This document shows positions 9,578-20,269 of a DNA stretch of 64,000 nucleotides, in pieces (position 1 is the first letter of the stretch; every line of letters begins with the position of its first letter). The DNA is from an uncultured Chloroflexia bacterium (GTDB taxonomy: Bacteria; Chloroflexota; Limnocylindria; Limnocylindrales; CSP1-4). The position numbers were made by a program, and so were the translations under genes. The stretch is taken from the NCBI GenBank assembly GCA_963768655.1, contig CAVYIM010000003.1, positions 224,001 to 288,000 on the forward strand, in the 5' to 3' direction. The notes under the pieces are model-generated. The model worked only from the letters and a program-made list of their open reading frames with translations. It did not search any database and had not been told where the DNA came from.

Positions 9578-10888
9578 CTATCGCTCCTTCGCGCCCGGCC
9601 GGACCGTGGCGAGCAGCAGCACGACCGCGGCCGCCGAGCAGGCGGCGCCGAACCAGAACGGAGCCGGCGGAGCGATGGCGCTCCAGAGGATGCCGGCAAT
9701 CACCGACGCGGGCAGGACCATGGCGCCCTGAACGGAGTTGAGGATGCCGAAGGCCGTCGCGCGCAGATCCGTCGCGGATAGGTCGGCCACGAGCGCCTTG
9801 CCGACGCCCTCGCTCAGCGCGTAGTAGGTGCCGTAGGCGATCCACAGCGGCACGACCCAGACGGCCTGCGTGGCGACAGCGAAGCCGGCGTAGCAGGCGG
9901 CGTACACGAGCCAGGCGAGGGCGATCAGGCCGCGCCGACCGATTCGATCCGAGAGCGCGCCGGCCGGCCAGGCCACCACGGCGTTGGTGGCGTTGAAGGC
10001 GACGATCGTCAGCAGCAGCGCCAGCAGCGTGAGGCCCAGGTTCTGCGAGCGAAGGGCAAGGAAGGCGTCGCTCGAGTTTCCGAGCGTGAACAGAGCGTTG
10101 GCCAGGATGAAGAGCCAGAAGGTGGCCGAGAAGCGGCGCCACTCGGCGGTGCCGCCGACTATCCGCCGGAAGAGACCGACCGATTCGGTGAAAGCACCCG
10201 CGTCGGCCGGGGGACGCGAAGGCGCGGGAGCTGTGCGGACGTCTCGAACGCCCACGACTATGGTCGCCACCGCGAGCAAACCCGGCACGAGCGCCAGCAG
10301 CACCAGGACCCGAAAGGCGTCGCCAGTGAGTCGGGTCGCGTCGCCCTCCATGAGCCAGATGACAGCGGCCGCGACCAGCACGCCGACGAACGCGCCGGTC
10401 GTGTCCATGGCCCGATGGAAGCCGTAGGCCACGCCCCGGTTCTCCGGAGCGGTGGAGTCGGCGATCAGCGCGTCGCGGGGCGACGTGCGGATCCCCTTTC
10501 CCAGCCGATCGCCCACGCGGCCGAGCAGCACCACCGGCCAGACCGTCGCCACCAGATAGAGCAGCTTGGCCGCGACCGAGGTCCCGTAGCCGATCCCGAC
10601 CAGCAACCGACGCCGCCCCATCCGGTCCGAGAGCGCGCCGCTGATCAGCTTGAGAATCGAGGCCGTGCTCTCCGCCACTCCCTCGATCAGGCCGATCACT
10701 GCCGCCGGCGCGAGCAGCACGTTCGCCAGGAAGAGCGGGATCAGGTATACGAGCATCTCGCTCGAGATGTCCGTGAAGAGGCTCACGAACCCGAGCGCCA
10801 CGACGTTCCGCGTCACCCCGTGCGTCAGCGCTCTCCGCCAGCGCGGCCCGGAGTTCGGGGCTTCGGGAGTGGTCGCTGGGGCGGTCAT
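9578..10888 (-). CDS. MFS transporter
   Basis: SLFTDISSEM, GALSDRMGRR, DRLGKGIRTSPRDALIAD, HRAMDTTGA, LGNSSDAF. Confidence 0.9.
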   Translation of the reverse strand: MTAPATTPEAPNSGPRWRRALTHGVTRNVVALGFVSLFTDISSEMLVYLIPLFLANVLLAPAAVIGLIEGVAESTASILKLISGALSDRMGRRRLLVGIGYGTSVAAKLLYLVATVWPVVLLGRVGDRLGKGIRTSPRDALIADSTAPENRGVAYGFHRAMDTTGAFVGVLVAAAVIWLMEGDATRLTGDAFRVLVLLALVPGLLAVATIVVGVRDVRTAPAPSRPPADAGAFTESVGLFRRIVGGTAEWRRFSATFWLFILANALFTLGNSSDAFLALRSQNLGLTLLALLLTIVAFNATNAVVAWPAGALSDRIGRRGLIALAWLVYAACYAGFAVATQAVWVVPLWIAYGTYYALSEGVGKALVADLSATDLRATAFGILNSVQGAMVLPASVIAGILWSAIAPPAPFWFGAACSAAAVVLLLATVRPGAKER

Positions 10889-11243
10889 CGAGCGGAGTCT
10901 AGCCGTCCCGCGGCGACGAAGACGCAGCGCATCGCGGGCCGAAGGACGACGCCGCGGTCGCTGCCTGCGCCGGGCGCCAGAAATGCCGCGCCGTCGCGGG
11001 CGAGCGCGGTGGGCGGTCTCTGTCGGCGCATCTCCGCTGGCCTGGCCGCCAGTGTCACGGTCGCTTCTGCTCGCCCGGCGAACGAAAACGTCCATTGGGG
11101 CCGCCATCGTCCGAAGGTGTTCGTGTGGTGAGCACATGCGACGTGCCGGCCGTGGGCGTGCATGGCGACTCGTCGTTTCCGTGCACGCGGCGAGCAGTTC
11201 TGACAGCTGAGGCCCGATCGACGCCGGAATCGGGCGGTGTCAG

Positions 11244-11275
11244 CCTGACCAGCGTCGAACCTGACCAGCGTCGAA
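11244..11275. repeat. Perfect 16-bp tandem duplication (cctgaccagcgtcgaa x2)
   Basis: Read directly from the sequence. Confidence 0.9.
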
Positions 11276-11566
11276 ACTGTGCACCCCCATGCACCAGATC
11301 GACCTCGCTCATGCCCCGTGAACCGCAGTTGGTTGGTTGTGGTCACCGGATGCGCAGCCGGGCTCCAGAACCGCTCCAGTTGCACGATATGTGCGCCCGG
11401 TGAGCGGAGACGACATTCAGCTGCGCCGCCTGGCCGGCGTGGCTGCCGCCCGCCGCCCGTCTGCCGCACCCGCCCGCCACCGCCGCCCCTGGCCACACCG
11501 CCCGCCGCCCCCACCCGGCCGCGCCGGCGCCGCCCCGATGCTCTTCTGGCGTAAAGTTGGGCGGCC

Positions 11567-12385
11567 ATGGCAACCATCGAAATCGTGGACGTCACCGACG
11601 AAGCGCGCTTCGGGCTGATCCCGCCCTGCGCGGATCCGGCATTCGACCACCGAACCTGCGACTACTGGGAAGATGCCGATCGAGGCTCGAAGGCGCGCCG
11701 GCCGAGCTGGCTGCCGGCGGGCGCCGCCTCGGGCGCAGGTCCGGCCGGCTTTGCTGCGGGTTCGGGCGTCGCTCCCGCCAACCCGTTCGCTCCGCCGCCC
11801 AAGCGTGAGCCGAACCCATTCGCGCCGCCGCCGAAGGCTTCGGCCAACCCGTTCGCGCCGGCCTTCTCGCCGCCGGTCCGCAATCCCTTCCTCGACGAGG
11901 CGGCCGATCCGCTGGCCGACAATCCGTTCGCGCCGCGGCGCCCCGCTCGCCCGACGATCGCCGCCGAGGCGCCGCGCAAACTTCAGCTGCTTGGTCGGGG
12001 GCTCGGCATCTTCGGCAGCTACGCCAAGGTGCTACTCGCCGACGTCGAGCCCGTGGCCTACTGCCAGTTCGGACCACTGTCGGCGTACCCGCGCGCGCTC
12101 CGGACTCGGGAGCTGTACCCGAAGCTACCCGACGCCCCGCTGCCCGCGGTCATCGCCTGCATCGCCACGACTCCGGCGGTCCGCGGAGACGGCTACGCCC
12201 TGCGCCTGGTGGCGGACGTCTGTGCCGACCTGGCCGTCCGTGGCTTCGCCGCCGTGGAGGCGTACCCGGAGGCGCGCGCCGTCGCCGACGCGACGCCGGC
12301 CGCACGACCGCGGTTCTGGCTCCGCGCCGGCTTCCTGCTCGCCGTGGACGACGAGCGCTTCCCGGTCATGCGCAGGGAGCTGTAG
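11567..12385 (+). CDS. GNAT-fold protein with NPF-repeat insertion
   Basis: VAYCQFGP, IACI...RGDGYA, RGFAAVEAYPE; five NPF motifs in a Pro-rich insert. Confidence 0.7.
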   Translation: MATIEIVDVTDEARFGLIPPCADPAFDHRTCDYWEDADRGSKARRPSWLPAGAASGAGPAGFAAGSGVAPANPFAPPPKREPNPFAPPPKASANPFAPAFSPPVRNPFLDEAADPLADNPFAPRRPARPTIAAEAPRKLQLLGRGLGIFGSYAKVLLADVEPVAYCQFGPLSAYPRALRTRELYPKLPDAPLPAVIACIATTPAVRGDGYALRLVADVCADLAVRGFAAVEAYPEARAVADATPAARPRFWLRAGFLLAVDDERFPVMRREL

Positions 12386-13057
12386 ATGCGCCTTCGGGCA
12401 GGCGGGCCCCGGACGGCGCCGCCACGGCCGCTCGCGACGCCGGCGGCCTTGCTCCTCGCGGCCGTCGTCGCCGTCTGCGTTTCGGCGTGCAGCTACAACG
12501 TCATCGCCCAGACGCCGACGCCTGAACCGACGTCCACGGGAGTGAGGCCGGGCATCGCATCGCAGGTCCCGATCGAGGCGACGCCATGGCCGAACGGAAC
12601 GATCGGGGCCTACGGATTGCGCATCGATCCGAGCCTGCTGACTAACATCCCATCGATCGTGGGCGGCAATCCGCTGGTCGAGGACGTGGAGGTGGAGAGC
12701 GGTGCCCTGGACGACTCGCACTACGCGGACGCGTTCAGCGGCTTCTACGCGGCCCACCTGGGCGACGTCACGGACCTCAACTGGGTCCAGGTGAACCTCG
12801 CCGCGCTCAAGCCCGATGCCCAATCGCAGGATTTCTACACGTCCTGGCGCGACGACTGGTTCAATGCCACCTGCTCTCAGGCCGACGGCATCGGGTCGAC
12901 GAGTGTTCAGCAGATCAACGACTGGTCGGTCGACGTTGCGGTCTGCAGCGGCGGCGTCGATGCGTACACCCTCAGCCTGGACAACGGCGTCCTCGTGTCG
13001 ATCGCGGACTTCGGGCCTCGGCGCCTCGGCAAGGAGCTGATCGAGGGCATCAACTAG
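12386..13057 (+). CDS. Putative lipoprotein
   Basis: Hydrophobic signal ending VSAC; directly abuts the upstream stop codon. Confidence 0.65.
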   Translation: MRLRAGGPRTAPPRPLATPAALLLAAVVAVCVSACSYNVIAQTPTPEPTSTGVRPGIASQVPIEATPWPNGTIGAYGLRIDPSLLTNIPSIVGGNPLVEDVEVESGALDDSHYADAFSGFYAAHLGDVTDLNWVQVNLAALKPDAQSQDFYTSWRDDWFNATCSQADGIGSTSVQQINDWSVDVAVCSGGVDAYTLSLDNGVLVSIADFGPRRLGKELIEGIN

Positions 13058-13271
13058 ATCTCGAGCAGCCTACGCTCCGCGATGGGCCCGTCCGGCTTCG
13101 GGCAGCGGTTCACAACGCCGCTGAGTTCTGCCCCTGGACCGCTGGCATAGCGCTGTCTCCGTTGGAAACCCGATTCTCCACCTCCAATGGGCCGATGACG
13201 TTCGGCCCGGACCGGAGCAAACTGAGGGCAAGCGAACCGGCCGGATCAGGCCCCTTCTTCGGAGGCTTTCG

Positions 13272-14969
13272 ATGGCGATCGAGACCGGCGCCTCGTCGGG
13301 CGCCACGGGCAAGTCAGGACCACGGAAAGTGCGCGCGCCGCGCGGTCCGGAGCGCAGCTGCAAAGGTTGGGCCCAGGAAGCGGCGCTTCGAATGCTGATG
13401 AACAACCTCGACCCCGAGGTTGCCGAGCGCCCGGACGATCTCGTCGTCTACGGGGGAACAGGCCGCGCCGCCCGAAGCTGGGATGCCTTCGACGCCATCG
13501 TGCGCGAGCTGCGCCGCCTGGAGAACGACGAGACCCTCCTCGTCCAGTCGGGCAAGCCCGTCGGCGTCTTCCGAACGCACGAATGGGCGCCGCGCGTGCT
13601 GATCGCGAATTCGAACCTGGTCGGCAAGTGGGCGAACTGGGACACGTTCCGTGAGCTGGAGCGAGCCGGCCTGACCATGTACGGGCAGATGACGGCGGGC
13701 TCCTGGATCTACATCGGCACGCAGGGAATCCTGCAGGGCACGTTCGAGACGTTCGCCGAGCTGGCCCGCCAGTATTTCGGCGGGACGCTGAAGGGCCGCG
13801 TCACGCTGACCGCCGGCCTGGGCGGCATGGGCGGCGCGCAGCCGCTCGCCATCACCATGAACGAGGGAGTGGCGCTGGTCATCGAGGTGGACGAGGCCCG
13901 GGCGCGGCGGCGCCTCCAGATCGGCTACGTCGACCGCCTGACTCGGGACATCGACGAAGCGCTCGCCTGGGCGCGTTCGGCGGCGTCCGAGGGGCGCGCC
14001 GAATCCATCGCCCTGGTGGGTAACGCCGCCGAGATCGAGCCGGCACTGGTGCGCCGGGGCGAGCGTTTCGACGTGGTCACGGACCAGACCTCCGCCCACG
14101 ACGCGCTCAACGGCTACGTGCCGGCCGGGGTCTCCCTCGAGGAGGCAGCGGAGCTGCGGCGCCAGAACCCCGACGAGTACGTCAGTCGCTCGATGGCATC
14201 GATGGTGCTCCACGTCCACGCGATGGTCACGCTGAAGGAGGCCGGCACGGTCACCTTCGACTACGGCAACAACATCCGGGCCCAGGCCCTGGCTGCCGGC
14301 TTTGCCAAGGCCTTCGAATTCCCCGGCTTCGTGCCCGCGTTCATCCGGCCGCTCTTCTGCGAGGGCAAGGGACCGTTCCGCTGGGCGGCGCTGTCGGGCG
14401 ACCCCAACGACATCCTGGCCACCGACCGCGCCATCCTTGAGCTGTTCCCGGAGAATGAATCGCTTCGGCGATGGATCGAGATGGCCCAGGCGCGGGTGCC
14501 GTTCCAGGGCCTGCCGGCCCGGATCTGCTGGCTCGGTTACGGGGAGCGCGCCCGCGCTGGCGCCGCCTTCAACGAGCTGGTCCGAACCGGGGCGGTCGGC
14601 GCGCCGATCGTCATCGGCCGCGACCACCTGGACGCGGGCTCCGTGGCGTCGCCCAACCGCGAGACGGAATCGATGCGCGACGGCTCCGACGCGATCGCCG
14701 ACTGGCCGCTCCTCAACGCCCTGGTGAACACCGCCGCGGGCGCGAGCTGGGTGAGCATCCACCACGGCGGCGGAGTGGGCATCGGGTACTCCCAGCATGC
14801 GGGCATGGTGGTCGTCGCCGACGGCACGGACCTCGCGGCTCAGAAGCTCGAGCGGGTCCTGACCACAGACCCCGGCATGGGCGTCATCCGCCACGTAGAC
14901 GCCGGCTACGAGCGAGCCATTGAGGTGGCCGGGGAGCGCGGCATCCGCATCCCGATGCGCGAGGGCTGA
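13272..14969 (+). CDS. hutU: Urocanate hydratase
   Basis: [59 protein letters not shown]. Confidence 0.98.
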   Translation: MAIETGASSGATGKSGPRKVRAPRGPERSCKGWAQEAALRMLMNNLDPEVAERPDDLVVYGGTGRAARSWDAFDAIVRELRRLENDETLLVQSGKPVGVFRTHEWAPRVLIANSNLVGKWANWDTFRELERAGLTMYGQMTAGSWIYIGTQGILQGTFETFAELARQYFGGTLKGRVTLTAGLGGMGGAQPLAITMNEGVALVIEVDEARARRRLQIGYVDRLTRDIDEALAWARSAASEGRAESIALVGNAAEIEPALVRRGERFDVVTDQTSAHDALNGYVPAGVSLEEAAELRRQNPDEYVSRSMASMVLHVHAMVTLKEAGTVTFDYGNNIRAQALAAGFAKAFEFPGFVPAFIRPLFCEGKGPFRWAALSGDPNDILATDRAILELFPENESLRRWIEMAQARVPFQGLPARICWLGYGERARAGAAFNELVRTGAVGAPIVIGRDHLDAGSVASPNRETESMRDGSDAIADWPLLNALVNTAAGASWVSIHHGGGVGIGYSQHAGMVVVADGTDLAAQKLERVLTTDPGMGVIRHVDAGYERAIEVAGERGIRIPMREG

Positions 14970-14994
14970 GCGCCGGAGGAGCCGCCCCGCAGCT

Positions 14995-16368
14995 CTACGC
15001 CGTCGCTACCTGGGCTTCCGCCGGCTCGGCCAGCCGGTCGACCGCGCCCTTCGGACCGCCTCCGTCGATCTTGCCAACCGGCCCCGTCCCTTCGGCCCCG
15101 TCGTCGCCGCCCTCTTGTGGCATCTCATGAAGCGAGCGGAGCGGTGAGAAGAGTACCCACAGGGTCGAGGTGAACGATCCGAGCGCCGCGATGATCAGCG
15201 CGACGCGGACCGGCAGCAGGGTCGCCATCACGCCACCCGCCAGCGAGCCGATCGGGATCGTGCCCCAGACGATGAAGCGCATCGTGGCGTTCATTCGGCT
15301 CTGCATCGTCAGCGGCGTGATCGACTGGCGCAGGCTGATCTGGGCTACGTTGTAGATGACCTGAGAGAAACCGACCACGAACCAGCCGACGAAGAGCGTG
15401 ACCGCCGCCCATCCGAGGGACGCCGGCGTGAGGGTCATGAGCAGGAAGGCCGGGCAGCTCAGGGCGGCCGAGGCGATGATCGTCGGCCCCACCCCGAGAC
15501 TGCGCGGCAGGCTGTTGGAGGCCACGGCGCCGACCAGGAAGCCGAAGCTCCCCAGGCCCATGACGGTTCCGTAGAAGGCCGGCGAGAACGCCAGCTCGCG
15601 CCAGATGAGCACCGGGAAGACACCGAACAGCGCCGCGCCGAATAGATTGGAGGTGCCCGTGCAGCCGGCGATCGGTCGGAGGTATCGATCGCCCAGGACG
15701 TAGCGCAGCCCGCCGGCGATCTCGGTCCGAAGCGAGGCCGGCCGGCCGCTCTCGTCGATTGCCCGCTCGGGCTTCTCTTCGCGCTTCTTGATGGCGCTGA
15801 TGAGGCCGCCCGAGATGAAGAAGCTGAGGGCGTCGAGGACGAGGGCGAAGGGGGCCGCGACCACCTGCAGCACGTTGCCGGCGAGCGTGGGGCCGCCGAT
15901 CTGCGCAGCCGAGTAGCTGAGTTGCAGACGAGCGTTCCCTTCGACCAGGTCTTCCCGTTCTATCAGGCCGGGCAGGAACGACTGGTCGGCCACGTCGAAG
16001 AAGGCGGTGAACGTCCCGGTTACGAAAGCGACGAGAAAGAGCTGCCAGAGCGACAGGCTGCCGGCCACGTAGGAGATAGGAATGGTCATGAGCGCCACGC
16101 CGCGGCCGATGTCGGCTGCCACGAGCACCGGGCGCCGGCGAATGCGGTCGAGCCACGCCCCGGCCGGCAGCGTGAACAGCAGGAACGGCAGCATCTCGAC
16201 AGCGGCCAGCATGGAAACCTCGAACACGCTGGCGTGCAGCATGGTGAGCGCGATGAACGGCACGGCGATCAGGGTGACCTGGCTGCCGAGGACGCTCACG
16301 GTGGCGGCGGTCCACAGCTTGCGGAAGTCGCCATGACGCCAGAGCGAGGGGCGCGCGATCCCTAACAT
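14995..16368 (-). CDS. MFS transporter (MFS_3 / H+ antiporter-like)
   Basis: DFRKLWTAATVSVLGSQ, GAWLDRIRRR, FFDVADQSFLP, SRMNATMRF. Confidence 0.88.
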   Translation of the reverse strand: MLGIARPSLWRHGDFRKLWTAATVSVLGSQVTLIAVPFIALTMLHASVFEVSMLAAVEMLPFLLFTLPAGAWLDRIRRRPVLVAADIGRGVALMTIPISYVAGSLSLWQLFLVAFVTGTFTAFFDVADQSFLPGLIEREDLVEGNARLQLSYSAAQIGGPTLAGNVLQVVAAPFALVLDALSFFISGGLISAIKKREEKPERAIDESGRPASLRTEIAGGLRYVLGDRYLRPIAGCTGTSNLFGAALFGVFPVLIWRELAFSPAFYGTVMGLGSFGFLVGAVASNSLPRSLGVGPTIIASAALSCPAFLLMTLTPASLGWAAVTLFVGWFVVGFSQVIYNVAQISLRQSITPLTMQSRMNATMRFIVWGTIPIGSLAGGVMATLLPVRVALIIAALGSFTSTLWVLFSPLRSLHEMPQEGGDDGAEGTGPVGKIDGGGPKGAVDRLAEPAEAQVATA

Positions 16369-16500
16369 GCCTGTGCCATATCTCGCGGCATGGTATCCAT
16401 CGCCTCTCTCGCAGGCATTAGGCGACCCGTCTCATTCAACCTGTGCCACGATAGGCGTCGGCTACACGGGCGGGCAGTTACTTCTCGAATCGGAGGAAGC

Positions 16501-17463
16501 GTGACCAGGCTCGTCGAATCGGTCCCCAACTTCAGCGAAGGCCGGCGACTCGATGTCGTCGACAGGCTCTGCGCCGCGGTCGAGAGCGTGCCCGGCGCCC
16601 ATCTGCTCGACCGCACGAGCGACGCCAGCCACAACCGCAGCGTCCTCACGATGGCCGGCGAGGCGGCCCAGATTCTCGAGGCGCTGGAGCGGGCCTTCGC
16701 GGTCGCCGTCGCCGAGATCGACATGGAGTCGCACGTCGGTGAGCATCCCCGCATCGGGGCAGTGGACGTGGTGCCGTTCGTGCCCCTTGGCGACACAAAG
16801 ATGTCGGAGTGCGTCGATCTGGCGCGGGTCTTCGGATCCAGGGTCGCCGAGCGCTTCTCAGTGCCCGTCTACCTGTACGGTGAGGCGGCGACGACGCCGG
16901 GTCGGCAGCGGCTGGCAGACGTGCGGCGAGGCCAATACGAGGGGCTCAAGACCCAGATCGCCGAGCCCGGCCGCGAGCCGGACTTCGGGCCCGCGAGGAT
17001 GCACCCCAGCGCGGGTGCGGTAGCGGTCGGGGCCCGGCCCTTCCTCATCGCCTACAACATCAACCTGGCGACTGATGACCTGGAGCTGGCGAAGCGGATC
17101 GCACGCCGGATCCGCGAATCCAGCGGCGGGCTGCCGCGCGTCCAGGCGAACGGCTTCTGGATCGAGGAGATCGGACGAGCCCAGGTGTCGATGAATCTGC
17201 TCGACTTCCGGACGACACCGGTCTGGCTGGTCTGGGAGGCCGTTCGGGCGGAAGCCGCCGAGGACGCGGTCGAGCTAGCCGAATCCGAGCTGATCGGGCT
17301 GGCGCCGCTGGCGTCGCTGCTCGACGTGGCCGCCCATGCGGGCATACCCGCCGACCGGCCCACGACCGAACGGCTGGCCGGAGCCGCCGAGTTCCTGAAG
17401 CTGCGCGACTTCTCGCCGCTGCAGGCGCTGGAGCTGCGCCTGGAAGCAGTTCGCGGTACATGA
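16501..17463 (+). CDS. ftcD: Glutamate formimidoyltransferase (formiminotransferase domain only)
   Basis: VESVPNFSEGRR, DASHNRSV, GEHPRIGAVDVVPF, GARPFLIAYN, QVSMNL; GTG 16501 after GGAGG. Confidence 0.93.
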   Translation: MTRLVESVPNFSEGRRLDVVDRLCAAVESVPGAHLLDRTSDASHNRSVLTMAGEAAQILEALERAFAVAVAEIDMESHVGEHPRIGAVDVVPFVPLGDTKMSECVDLARVFGSRVAERFSVPVYLYGEAATTPGRQRLADVRRGQYEGLKTQIAEPGREPDFGPARMHPSAGAVAVGARPFLIAYNINLATDDLELAKRIARRIRESSGGLPRVQANGFWIEEIGRAQVSMNLLDFRTTPVWLVWEAVRAEAAEDAVELAESELIGLAPLASLLDVAAHAGIPADRPTTERLAGAAEFLKLRDFSPLQALELRLEAVRGT

Positions 17464-17479
17464 GGGGAGCGAGCGTGCG

Positions 17480-18946
17480 ATGACGGGTCTGCTGGTCGAG
17501 GGTGCAAGCGGCATCGCCACGCTGGCCGGTGGTCTGCGGCGGGGCGGCGACCAGGGCGACGCCGCGGTGGTGTCCGGTGGAGCGGTCGCCGTCGCCTGCT
17601 GGGAAAGGCGGATCCTGGCCGCCGGCGCCGCCGATGAGGTCAACCGCCAGATCGCGGCCAGAGGGCTCCCGATCAACGCTTTTCGCCGTTTCGATGCGCA
17701 TGGCGGCCTCATCACGCCGGGCCTCGTCGACGCCCACACGCACCTGCTTTTCGGCGGTACGCGCGAGGGCGAGTGGCAGCTCCGCGCCCGCGGCGCCGGC
17801 TATCTCGAGGTCCTGGCCGCGGGCGGCGGGATCCTCTCGACCGTGGCCGCTACGCGCGCCGCGTCCGACGGTGAGCTGCTGGCCGGAGGCCGAGCCCGCC
17901 TGGCCCAGATGCTGGCCGGCGGGACCACGACCGCGGAAGCCAAGTCCGGCTACGGCCTGGACGTGGCCACGGAACTGCGGCTGCTGGAGCTGATCGGCCG
18001 TCTCGATCGCGAGGGCCCCATCGAGCTGGTGCCGACGTTCCTGGGCGCCCATGCCGCGCCGGCTGAATTCCGCGACCGCCCCGGTGCGGCCCGCGCGGGC
18101 GACGCCGACCGTGCGCCGGCGGCCCGCCCCAACGGCGCGGACGCGACTGAGGCATACGTCGCCAGCGTCATCGACGAGCAGCTTCCGGCAGTGGCCCGCC
18201 AGGGCGTTGCCCGCTTCTGCGACGTGTTCTGCGAGGAGGGAGTCTTCTCCGCCGACCAGAGCCGCCGCATCCTTCGCGCCGCCGCCGGCTACGGCCTGGC
18301 GCTCCGTATCCACGCCGACGAGCTGGCTCCGTCTGGCGGCGCCGAGCTGGCCGCCGAGCTGGCGGGCGCCGCGGTCGACCCGGGCGCCGCGGAACGCCGC
18401 GCCGCGGCGCTCGCGGCAGAGTCCGATCCCACGACCTGGCGCAACACCCCTGCCGCCGCGGACCCAGCGCGGCGCGGCTGTCTCTCCGCCGATCACCTCG
18501 CGGCTCCGTCTGACGAGGGAATAGGGGCGCTGGCGCGGGCCGCGGCGGACGGCCGCCCGGTCGTGGCCACGCTTCTCCCCGCCACGAGCTGGTTCCTGGG
18601 CAAGCACCATTTCGCCCAAGCCCGCCGCTTCATCGATGCCGGGATTCCCGTCGCCCTGGCCACGGACCTCAATCCGGGCACGAGCCCGACGCTCAGCCTG
18701 CCTCTGGTGATGTCGATCGCCTGCGTGGAGATGGGCCTGACTCCGGCCGAGGCACTTGTGGCGGTCACCATCAACGCAGCCTGTTCGTTGGGCCTGGGCG
18801 CGCAGATCGGCTCCCTCGAACCGGGCAAGCAGGCCGACATGGTCATCTGGGATGTGCCGACCGTCGAGCAGATTCCCTACTGGCTCGGCGCCCGCCTCGC
18901 CCGGACGGTCGTGAAGCGCGGGAGCATCGTCTCGGAACGCAGCTGA
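17480..18946 (+). CDS. hutI: Imidazolonepropionase
   Basis: PGLVDAHTH, EAKSGYGL, FLGAHA, CDVFCE, IHADEL, SADHL, ALATDLNPG. Confidence 0.95.
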   Translation: MTGLLVEGASGIATLAGGLRRGGDQGDAAVVSGGAVAVACWERRILAAGAADEVNRQIAARGLPINAFRRFDAHGGLITPGLVDAHTHLLFGGTREGEWQLRARGAGYLEVLAAGGGILSTVAATRAASDGELLAGGRARLAQMLAGGTTTAEAKSGYGLDVATELRLLELIGRLDREGPIELVPTFLGAHAAPAEFRDRPGAARAGDADRAPAARPNGADATEAYVASVIDEQLPAVARQGVARFCDVFCEEGVFSADQSRRILRAAAGYGLALRIHADELAPSGGAELAAELAGAAVDPGAAERRAAALAAESDPTTWRNTPAAADPARRGCLSADHLAAPSDEGIGALARAAADGRPVVATLLPATSWFLGKHHFAQARRFIDAGIPVALATDLNPGTSPTLSLPLVMSIACVEMGLTPAEALVAVTINAACSLGLGAQIGSLEPGKQADMVIWDVPTVEQIPYWLGARLARTVVKRGSIVSERS

Positions 18947-19040
18947 GCAGCCGACCCTCGCGACCGTGCAGCAGAGGCCGGCTTCGTGACGCGCTCGAGG
19001 TCGATCGGTGTCTGCCGGAGTTGGCCCCTGAGCGCCGTCC

Positions 19041-19715
19041 CTAGACCTTGCCGCGCTGCTCCAGCAGAACCGTGGTCACCTCCGCCGGCAGCGATGAGGG
19101 CATGAGAGCCAGCTTCGACTGCAGCGCCGGTGCCGCCGACACGCCCATCTCGTGCAGGAACTTGGCCAGCGCCTCACCCGCGTCGGCATCCTCACATACG
19201 AGCATCGGCACGACGACCTTGGCGTCGAGTTGGGCTACCAGTTCGGCGCCCTTGGTGGTGGAAAGCGTGCCGCCCACGGGAATGCAGACCACGTCGACCG
19301 GCCCGATGTCGGTCAGCTTGTCCTCCGTGAGCAGGTGTCCGATGTCCCCCAGGTGGATGACGTGGACGCCGTCCAATTCGACCATGAAAGCGATGTTGCG
19401 GCCGCGCTCGGCGCCCTTCTGCTCGTCCCGATAGGTCTTGACGCCCGTGATCAGAACGTCCTTCACCTCGTACTCGCCGGGCCCGTCGAGGCAGAACGCG
19501 TCTTCAAGGCTGCCCGGCAGCAAAGTCGAGCCGTCACGTGAAAGGCGGCCCTTCGCCTTGGGGTGTGGTGTGTCGTCGGGGTGGCTGTAGGTGACGATGT
19601 CGCCGGTGATGCCGCGACCAGTCGGCCCGACGACCGCCTGATATGCGTCCGCGACCACGACCGCGTCTTTGCTGCGCATGCGCACGCAGGTGCGCCCGTA
19701 CCAGGTGAGTTCCAT
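19041..19715 (-). CDS. MBL-fold protein (Lactamase_B_3-like)
   Basis: MELTWYG, DGPGEYEVKDV, IHLGDIGH, CIPVGG; metal motif degenerate (SHPDD). Confidence 0.8.
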   Translation of the reverse strand: MELTWYGRTCVRMRSKDAVVVADAYQAVVGPTGRGITGDIVTYSHPDDTPHPKAKGRLSRDGSTLLPGSLEDAFCLDGPGEYEVKDVLITGVKTYRDEQKGAERGRNIAFMVELDGVHVIHLGDIGHLLTEDKLTDIGPVDVVCIPVGGTLSTTKGAELVAQLDAKVVVPMLVCEDADAGEALAKFLHEMGVSAAPALQSKLALMPSSLPAEVTTVLLEQRGKV

Positions 19716-19861
19716 GGACTGATTCTTGCACAAGCCGATCGTGGCCCGCTTATCCCCGGCTCGCCCCACCTGACAGGCCCGAAACGAACATGCCTGCCTC
19801 GCCGACGCGTTCCACTCCGCTCGGCGGCCCGCGCGCCACTCGACCTCCACGGTCACCCCAC

Positions 19862-19950
19862 AAAAGGAGGACCGGAGGCGCCTGCCCAATCGGCACCTCC
19901 GGTCGGAGGGAGGGAGGATGGAACCTCAGGAGGCTCGTCCAGTGTTCCGC
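19862..19950 (-). ncRNA. Candidate small RNA with anti-Shine-Dalgarno C-rich tract and intrinsic terminator
   Basis: Minus-strand -10 TAGATT (19956-19961), 5' stem GGAAC/GTTCC, UCCUCCCUCCCUCC tract, 13-bp hairpin (19870-19904) with G-U pair, then CUCCUUUU. Confidence 0.5.
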
Positions 19951-20269
19951 TTCAGAATCTAGCCCGAGTCGATGAAAAGGGGGTCCGCCAGAAGGTTAAG
20001 AAACGCACACCCTGGAACAGGCGCCCCGGAGGCGGACAGGCGGGCCCGACCGAAGGTTCCGGCGGCTGGCGTCCGGACGCCGGGGCCACGACGGCAGCCC
20101 GGCTGGCCGGGACGAACTCACCCGGTCGTCAGCCCCAGGCGGCTCAGCGCTCGGCCGGCGGCTCGGCCGGCCGAGCGCTCGCCCGGCCGGCGGGTCGGGC
20201 AGGTCCGATCGGGCATTCGGCCGGACCGGCGCACAGCGGCACCTTGCGACGCCTGGCAGAATGCGCGAC

